In this document: one piece after another, positions 59,408-64,000 of the stretch
Position numbering within the stretch: the first letter of the stretch is position 1
Layout: each line of letters begins with the position of its first letter
Assembly: GCA_963838705.1 (NCBI GenBank)
Contig: CAWIRU010000009.1
Span: 737,921-801,920, forward strand
Reading direction: 5' to 3'
DNA length: 64,000 nucleotides
DNA from: an uncultured Acidobacteriota bacterium
GTDB taxonomy: Bacteria; Acidobacteriota; Terriglobia; Acidiferrales; UBA7541
Translations under genes and position numbers: made by a program
Notes under the pieces: generated by a model
Database searches by the model: none
What the model saw: only the letters and a program-made list of their open reading frames with translations
Told to the model about the DNA's origin: nothing

Positions 59408-60892
59408 TCAAAACGCAAAGTCAAATCCGATCATTAAACTGCTGCTCCACACCGGAGTGTTGCTGGGGTTTCCGCTGGGGGCGGGAGCAGGCGGCAAACC
59501 CACACCGTCCGCGCTAAGTGGAACGATGCCAATTGACTTCGTGATGGAGAATTCGTTGTGGAAAGCAAGACCCGCCCGGCTGAACATGATCGGGTACCAG
59601 CGATAGCCGACCGAGTAGGCGTCGATGTTCCCGAGATCGCTGGGATTCGTCGGAAGCGCTTGTGTCTGCATTCGGATCGCCTCGTAACGTCCGACAAACA
59701 CGAGTTGTGGGCTTTGGTAGTATTGCGCTTCGACGAACGCGCCATTCCACGATGGTGCCTGTGCTCCGGTTGGAAGCGTTCCGTTCGAAGGCGTTGACGT
59801 GCCCAGGAATACGTTGTCGTGAGCGTGCATGTAGAAGGGCATGATGTCGAGCTTGCCGATGTAGAATTCGGAAGCGACGCCGACACGATAGAACGGCTCG
59901 TTTCCGATTCCCACAAGCTGAACACCACTCGAAGTTTGGTAGTACGTCGGGCGCTGACCGGCGTAGACGAAGCCCTGGATCCTGGACGCCCCCATGCTGT
60001 CGTGGCCAACCTGAAACGCCTGATCGAAGGTTGCGTAAACGTCGTACGTACGTCCGATCGCGCCGCCGCCGCTCTCTACCGAATTCGTAAAACCCACGCC
60101 GCCCTCACTGCTGCTCAACACCGCAATCGAGTAGCGTGTATAGCTGTTGGCGTTGTGTCCCATCAATTCGATACCGGACTCGTTGTCTCCGAGTCCGAAG
60201 TTGTTCGAATCTCCGGGTGGAACAAAGTGATATGACTGGTAGAGTCCGCCGTTCCCAGAGAGGAACAGGAAGCGCTTCTCAGAAATTAACTCGTTGAGCT
60301 CGAAGTGTCCAAATTTCAGATTGAACCACGGGCTGCCCTTGAGGTTGTCGAAGCGGACGTAGGCATTCTCGAAGTGCCACGTCGCGGTCGAGTCGGTCGT
60401 CGGGAGAATCGACTCTGTAATGTTCTTGTAAAGAGTTCCCACCAACCAAAGGTCCATGCCGGACAAGTCGAACCCATGCTGGGTTACGTTGCCCGCAACA
60501 ATCGTACTTCCAGTCCCGCCGCCGGGGATCGAATCCACCTGCTGATTCGTCGTGTGCTCGAGGTGCCAGTTCGGCGTGATTCGAGCCGTTACGGGGAAAT
60601 AGGCGTTGTTCTGCCAAATGGGAGAATCGCGATCGTTCCCGATCTGATAGCCGCGATCCCGGAACGCGGTTCCAAAGTCATTCAGCTTCGGCCAAGCGGT
60701 GTGACACGCCGAGCAAGGCAATCCATACTTGCGGGCAAAAGCAGGCACTGCATTAATTCTGTGAATTGGCAACGTGTATGCCGGTTGGCTATCGCCCACG
60801 ATCAACGCGATCACAAGAAACGTAAACGCGAAGAACGAGCTGACCAACGACCAACGGATGTTCATCGTGCCTTTAAGAGACAACTTCACCAT
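59408..60892 (-). CDS. Cyc2-like fused monoheme cytochrome c / outer-membrane beta-barrel porin
   Basis: AGGAGG ribosome-binding site immediately upstream of the ATG at 60892. Signal peptide MVKLSLKGTMNIRWSLVSSFFAFTFLVIALIV. A single CxxCH close to the mature N-terminus (PAFARKYGLPCSACHTAWPKLNDFG) is followed by about 440 aa of alternating beta-strand pattern ending in an aromatic C-terminus (MIGFDFAF). This is the architecture of the Cyc2 iron-oxidase family. Confidence 0.6.
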   Translation of the reverse strand: MVKLSLKGTMNIRWSLVSSFFAFTFLVIALIVGDSQPAYTLPIHRINAVPAFARKYGLPCSACHTAWPKLNDFGTAFRDRGYQIGNDRDSPIWQNNAYFPVTARITPNWHLEHTTNQQVDSIPGGGTGSTIVAGNVTQHGFDLSGMDLWLVGTLYKNITESILPTTDSTATWHFENAYVRFDNLKGSPWFNLKFGHFELNELISEKRFLFLSGNGGLYQSYHFVPPGDSNNFGLGDNESGIELMGHNANSYTRYSIAVLSSSEGGVGFTNSVESGGGAIGRTYDVYATFDQAFQVGHDSMGASRIQGFVYAGQRPTYYQTSSGVQLVGIGNEPFYRVGVASEFYIGKLDIMPFYMHAHDNVFLGTSTPSNGTLPTGAQAPSWNGAFVEAQYYQSPQLVFVGRYEAIRMQTQALPTNPSDLGNIDAYSVGYRWYPIMFSRAGLAFHNEFSITKSIGIVPLSADGVGLPPAPAPSGNPSNTPVWSSSLMIGFDFAF

Positions 60893-61276
60893 GCTGCCTC
60901 CTGTTTGATCTGAAAACGCGAGAATAATTGTGCTGAGAGAATTTCGCCTGCGACGGGCGGGTAGAAAGAACATGAACACACGGCGAGGCAGGTGTGATGG
61001 TAGGACCAATTACAACTGGAATCGCTTTTCGTGAGCTGTGGTCTTGAGTCAAACACGGATCAAACCCTCTCCGCCCAGTGAGAGCAACCGTGTTACAAAA
61101 CTGCAAAATCGAGGAGGAACTTACTTCCGAAGCATTTCGAATGCAAGGAATTTTTTATGGATATCATCTTAAAGTCTACGTACTAGAACCTTTAGCGATG
61201 ACCCCAGGTCAGCCGCGACGCGGGAGCCACTTGCGAAAAACCCCGCTGGCATGCCACTCTTCAAGTCGCGCTGCGA

Positions 61277-62305
61277 TTGGGGAGCGGGGAAACCAATCGT
61301 AGCTTACGAGCGTCATGGTCAAACGAGGCAGATGTCGGAAGCGCGAATCCATTGAAGACCAAACTCGATTTAACTGACACCCGTCGCAACGTGGCCGGGT
61401 CCATCCGCCCCGTCGAAGGGAATCCGGGATCCCGTCTCCGCAAGAGGCGCCGGTGTGAGCTGCCTTTGGTGGGGCTGGCGCTATCGTCATTTCTTATCGC
61501 TTCTGTACTTTACGGATTTACGCCCGATCAGAAAAGGTCTGACTCCACGCTCCTGATCGAACTTCCGGCCCCCGAAGGCGAAGTGCTCCAGGCCGTGCGT
61601 ACAATCGTGGAAGATGGAATCATCCACGGAACGCAGATGTATGCGAAAGAACCGATCCTTGATGGCGCGGCGCCGGCCGAGGCGTTCCCCTATTTCGGCA
61701 AATGGCAAGGCGGCGGGCATGTCTTTTATAAGGTTCGAACCGAGACGATTGCTCCACAACACTTCAGGGACACCGCCGATATAGGCACTGTCGCCGTGAG
61801 ATACGTGGTCGAAGGCCTCAGCGTCATGAACACCCGGCTACAAATTGACGCCATATACATTCAGGGCGTGGGAGGTCGAGTGCATGCGTCCGATGGCACT
61901 GTAGAAAGCAGCGAGTTCAGAGAGATCCAGGACAAGATTCGCGCCATCGAGTACGAGAAACGGAAGGATGCCGAAGCCCTGAAAGCGCGCGAGGCCTACG
62001 ACGCTGCGAATGCGACACCCGAGCGGCAACGCGATGCAGAAATTTCACGGCTTCAATCGGCTGAAAGCGCATTGCAGAACCTCCAGACTCGCTACCACAA
62101 TCTGCAACATGAACTGGAAGTCCGCGTGAAGGATCCGGGCGCTGACCTGAAGACTGCGCCGTTCCATAGCGCCACCGTGCTGCGGTCACTTCCTGCGAAC
62201 TCAGAATTGCTCGTGCTTATCGTGACTCCATATTGGTTCGGCATCGAAACCACCGACGGCGCGCATGGCTGGATCAGCCGCAGCGTGGCGGAGCCGTTGC
62301 AGTGA
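61277..62305 (+). CDS. Membrane-anchored coiled-coil protein with a C-terminal bacterial SH3 (SH3b) domain
   Basis: TM helix LPLVGLALSSFLIASVLYGF. Central coiled coil (EYEKRKDAEALKAREAYDAANA...). C-terminal SH3b-like SATVLRSLPANSELLVLIVTPYWFGIETTDGAHGWI. Confidence 0.55.
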   Translation: MGSGETNRSLRASWSNEADVGSANPLKTKLDLTDTRRNVAGSIRPVEGNPGSRLRKRRRCELPLVGLALSSFLIASVLYGFTPDQKRSDSTLLIELPAPEGEVLQAVRTIVEDGIIHGTQMYAKEPILDGAAPAEAFPYFGKWQGGGHVFYKVRTETIAPQHFRDTADIGTVAVRYVVEGLSVMNTRLQIDAIYIQGVGGRVHASDGTVESSEFREIQDKIRAIEYEKRKDAEALKAREAYDAANATPERQRDAEISRLQSAESALQNLQTRYHNLQHELEVRVKDPGADLKTAPFHSATVLRSLPANSELLVLIVTPYWFGIETTDGAHGWISRSVAEPLQ

Positions 62306-63615
62306 CGCGCGGCAATTGCGGCCGCGCGGCCGCGCTCACTTCCGTCCTGGCGGCCGTCATCCTTATGTTGGCTGCGTGCACGGCCTTCGGACAGGCTGCG
62401 CCGATCGTAAAAACTTTCAGCATTCCCAAGACCCTCGTAGACAAGGCGCTGCAGGGCCTGCACTCCGCGGCATCGGGCCGACTGCCGACGCTCGACGGCT
62501 TCGTGGACTCGACCGAATCGCTCGAACATTACGAGCGCGGCTTCTATCAGTGCGAGATCGTGTCAACAGACATTGGGAGCGGTGAGACTTCCGTGCGGGT
62601 CGCCGCGAAGATTACGGCCTGGTACGCCGACCCGGGCGGCGGGCATTCGGGATATCGGACTCTGGTGTCGAATGGCCGAATCGAATCCGATTTTCTCGAT
62701 AGCCTCGCTGAAGCGCTCGGGACAAAGGCTGCCGCTCCGTCGGCGGCGGGCGGAGCGGGCTCCCCGGACGCAGCGCGAACCGCGACGGCGCCGAAAAAGC
62801 CTGATGGCGCTCCCGCAGCGAGCACTTCCGCAACAGCGCCTGCGAAAGTAACTGCGCCGCCTTCACCAACGGGCGGCAAATCCGCCAAATCGCTCGCCGG
62901 CGAGACTTTGGAATCCATCCGCAAGAAACGCGAAACGGCAGAGCGGCAGGTTCAGGACCTTAATGCGCTGATCCAAAATCTCGAGCAAATCCGGCAAAAC
63001 CAAACGCATCCGGACGATCTTTCTGTCGTGAAGGAATCCGGCACGGCGATCTACGCGAAGCCCCAGACGAGCGCCGAAGTGCTTATGACCGCGGACGCGG
63101 GCGATGAATTTCCGATTGTTGATGCGCCAGGCGGGTGGGTGCACGTCCAGATTTCAGGGCCTTCGCGGGGATGGATTCGGCGCACGCAGTTGGACATGCC
63201 CGCAGGATTCGCAAATGGCACTGACAAGGCCGAGGTTGAATCCGACGCCGCGCCACTCTTCCGCGTCAGCCGCGAGGATATCGGCCCGTTTGCGGGATCG
63301 TGGGGATTGCTGAAAGACAAAGTCGTAAAGATTATTTGGGTCGCGCCGATTGACCCTGCCGCTCCCCCGACGCGCGCCCAGGTTAAGCGCGAGTATGCGA
63401 AGTCACTTTTCTTGAAAGCACTGCGCGAAATTGCCGCGGACCCGACGGCCGTGGCCGGAGTCGTGGTGGTCTTCGATTCCGCCGATGGAGGGCAAATCTC
63501 GGCCACCGTGATCAGCCTGAAGAAACTCAACGCCGGAAACATCAGCGATGACGACTTTTGGAAAGAATGCTCGCTCGATCCCCCGGAGTCGTTTCAGGAT
63601 GCGGCGAAGGAATAA
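62302..63615 (+). CDS. Paralogous secreted coiled-coil / SH3b-domain protein, GTGA-coupled to the preceding gene
   Basis: In-frame GTG at 62302 overlapping the previous stop. Signal peptide AALTSVLAAVILMLAACTAFGQA. SH3b-like AIYAKPQTSAEVLMTADAGDEFPIVDAPGGWVHVQISGPSRGWI. Confidence 0.5.
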   Translation: MTRGNCGRAAALTSVLAAVILMLAACTAFGQAAPIVKTFSIPKTLVDKALQGLHSAASGRLPTLDGFVDSTESLEHYERGFYQCEIVSTDIGSGETSVRVAAKITAWYADPGGGHSGYRTLVSNGRIESDFLDSLAEALGTKAAAPSAAGGAGSPDAARTATAPKKPDGAPAASTSATAPAKVTAPPSPTGGKSAKSLAGETLESIRKKRETAERQVQDLNALIQNLEQIRQNQTHPDDLSVVKESGTAIYAKPQTSAEVLMTADAGDEFPIVDAPGGWVHVQISGPSRGWIRRTQLDMPAGFANGTDKAEVESDAAPLFRVSREDIGPFAGSWGLLKDKVVKIIWVAPIDPAAPPTRAQVKREYAKSLFLKALREIAADPTAVAGVVVVFDSADGGQISATVISLKKLNAGNISDDDFWKECSLDPPESFQDAAKE

Positions 63616-63671
63616 TTCGCCGCTCGCAATTCTTTCGTTCTTGCGATTCGCGCGGTTAGCTACCTTCAAGT

Positions 63672-63974
63672 TTATGCGAGGGCGGGATCGGAGCGTTTTA
63701 GCGTGGGGAGCGCCTTGATGGATTTTCCGGCTTTCTCCTGAGCGAGCCGCAAATCGTAAAGCGTCTGCAGATTGAGCCAAAACTGTGCACTCGTACCGAA
63801 GAAATGAGCGAGGCGCAGCGCGGTATCGCCTGTGATGGAACGCGTCCCGTTCAGAATCTGCGTGACGCGATTCGTCGGTACGCGGAGCTTTCGCGCCAAT
63901 TCGGCCGCGCTCATTTCGAGTGCTTCAAGTTCTTCCGCGAGGTGTTCACCCGGATGGATTGCGTCGAGTGCCAT
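63672..63974 (-). CDS. higA: HigA-family antitoxin (XRE-type HTH). The cognate toxin gene, if present, would lie beyond the window end.
   Basis: IHPGEHLAEELEALEMSAAELARKLRVPTNRVTQILNGTRSITGDTALRLAHFFGTSAQFWLNLQ is the canonical HigA HTH. Confidence 0.75.
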   Translation of the reverse strand: MALDAIHPGEHLAEELEALEMSAAELARKLRVPTNRVTQILNGTRSITGDTALRLAHFFGTSAQFWLNLQTLYDLRLAQEKAGKSIKALPTLKRSDPALA

Positions 63975-64000
63975 GGCGGTCCTCCTCAATGATAGTCAAC

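Overview
This window is a high-GC bacterial chromosomal segment. The gene content (BNR/Asp-box giant secreted proteins, a DUF6600/FecR-like protein, many c-type cytochromes) is consistent with an Acidobacteriota-like soil bacterium, but that lineage is a guess. Most of the window is ordinary, well-supported coding sequence (glk, zwf, yggX, acnA, outer-membrane proteins, regulators and others). Two things stand out.

(1) A visibly AT-richer island at about 1.1-5.2 kb carries a translationally coupled minus-strand cassette. It encodes a NurA-like nuclease, a HerA/FtsK-like ATPase and a 395-aa protein I cannot place, and is followed by about 1 kb of repeat-filled non-coding DNA. This is the best candidate for an undescribed defence or DNA-processing system.

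(2) A minus-strand respiratory cluster at 53.5-60.9 kb has the order of the Acidithiobacillus rus operon. It encodes a Cyc2-like fused monoheme-cytochrome/porin, a diheme cytochrome c, an amicyanin-like cupredoxin and an aa3-type cytochrome c oxidase (coxBACD). A partial duplicate of the cytochrome/cupredoxin module sits at 33.1-35.4 kb. This suggests an extracellular electron-uptake or iron-oxidation module.

Other observations:
- a flotillin-like gene frameshifted inside a (CG)6 tract;
- a PilZ-like/TonB C-terminal-domain fusion;
- two tandem BNR-propeller giant proteins with odd C-terminal anchors;
- an ATP-grasp plus B12-radical-SAM gene pair;
- several families of short dispersed repeats in intergenic regions.

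No rRNA, tRNA or CRISPR array was found.
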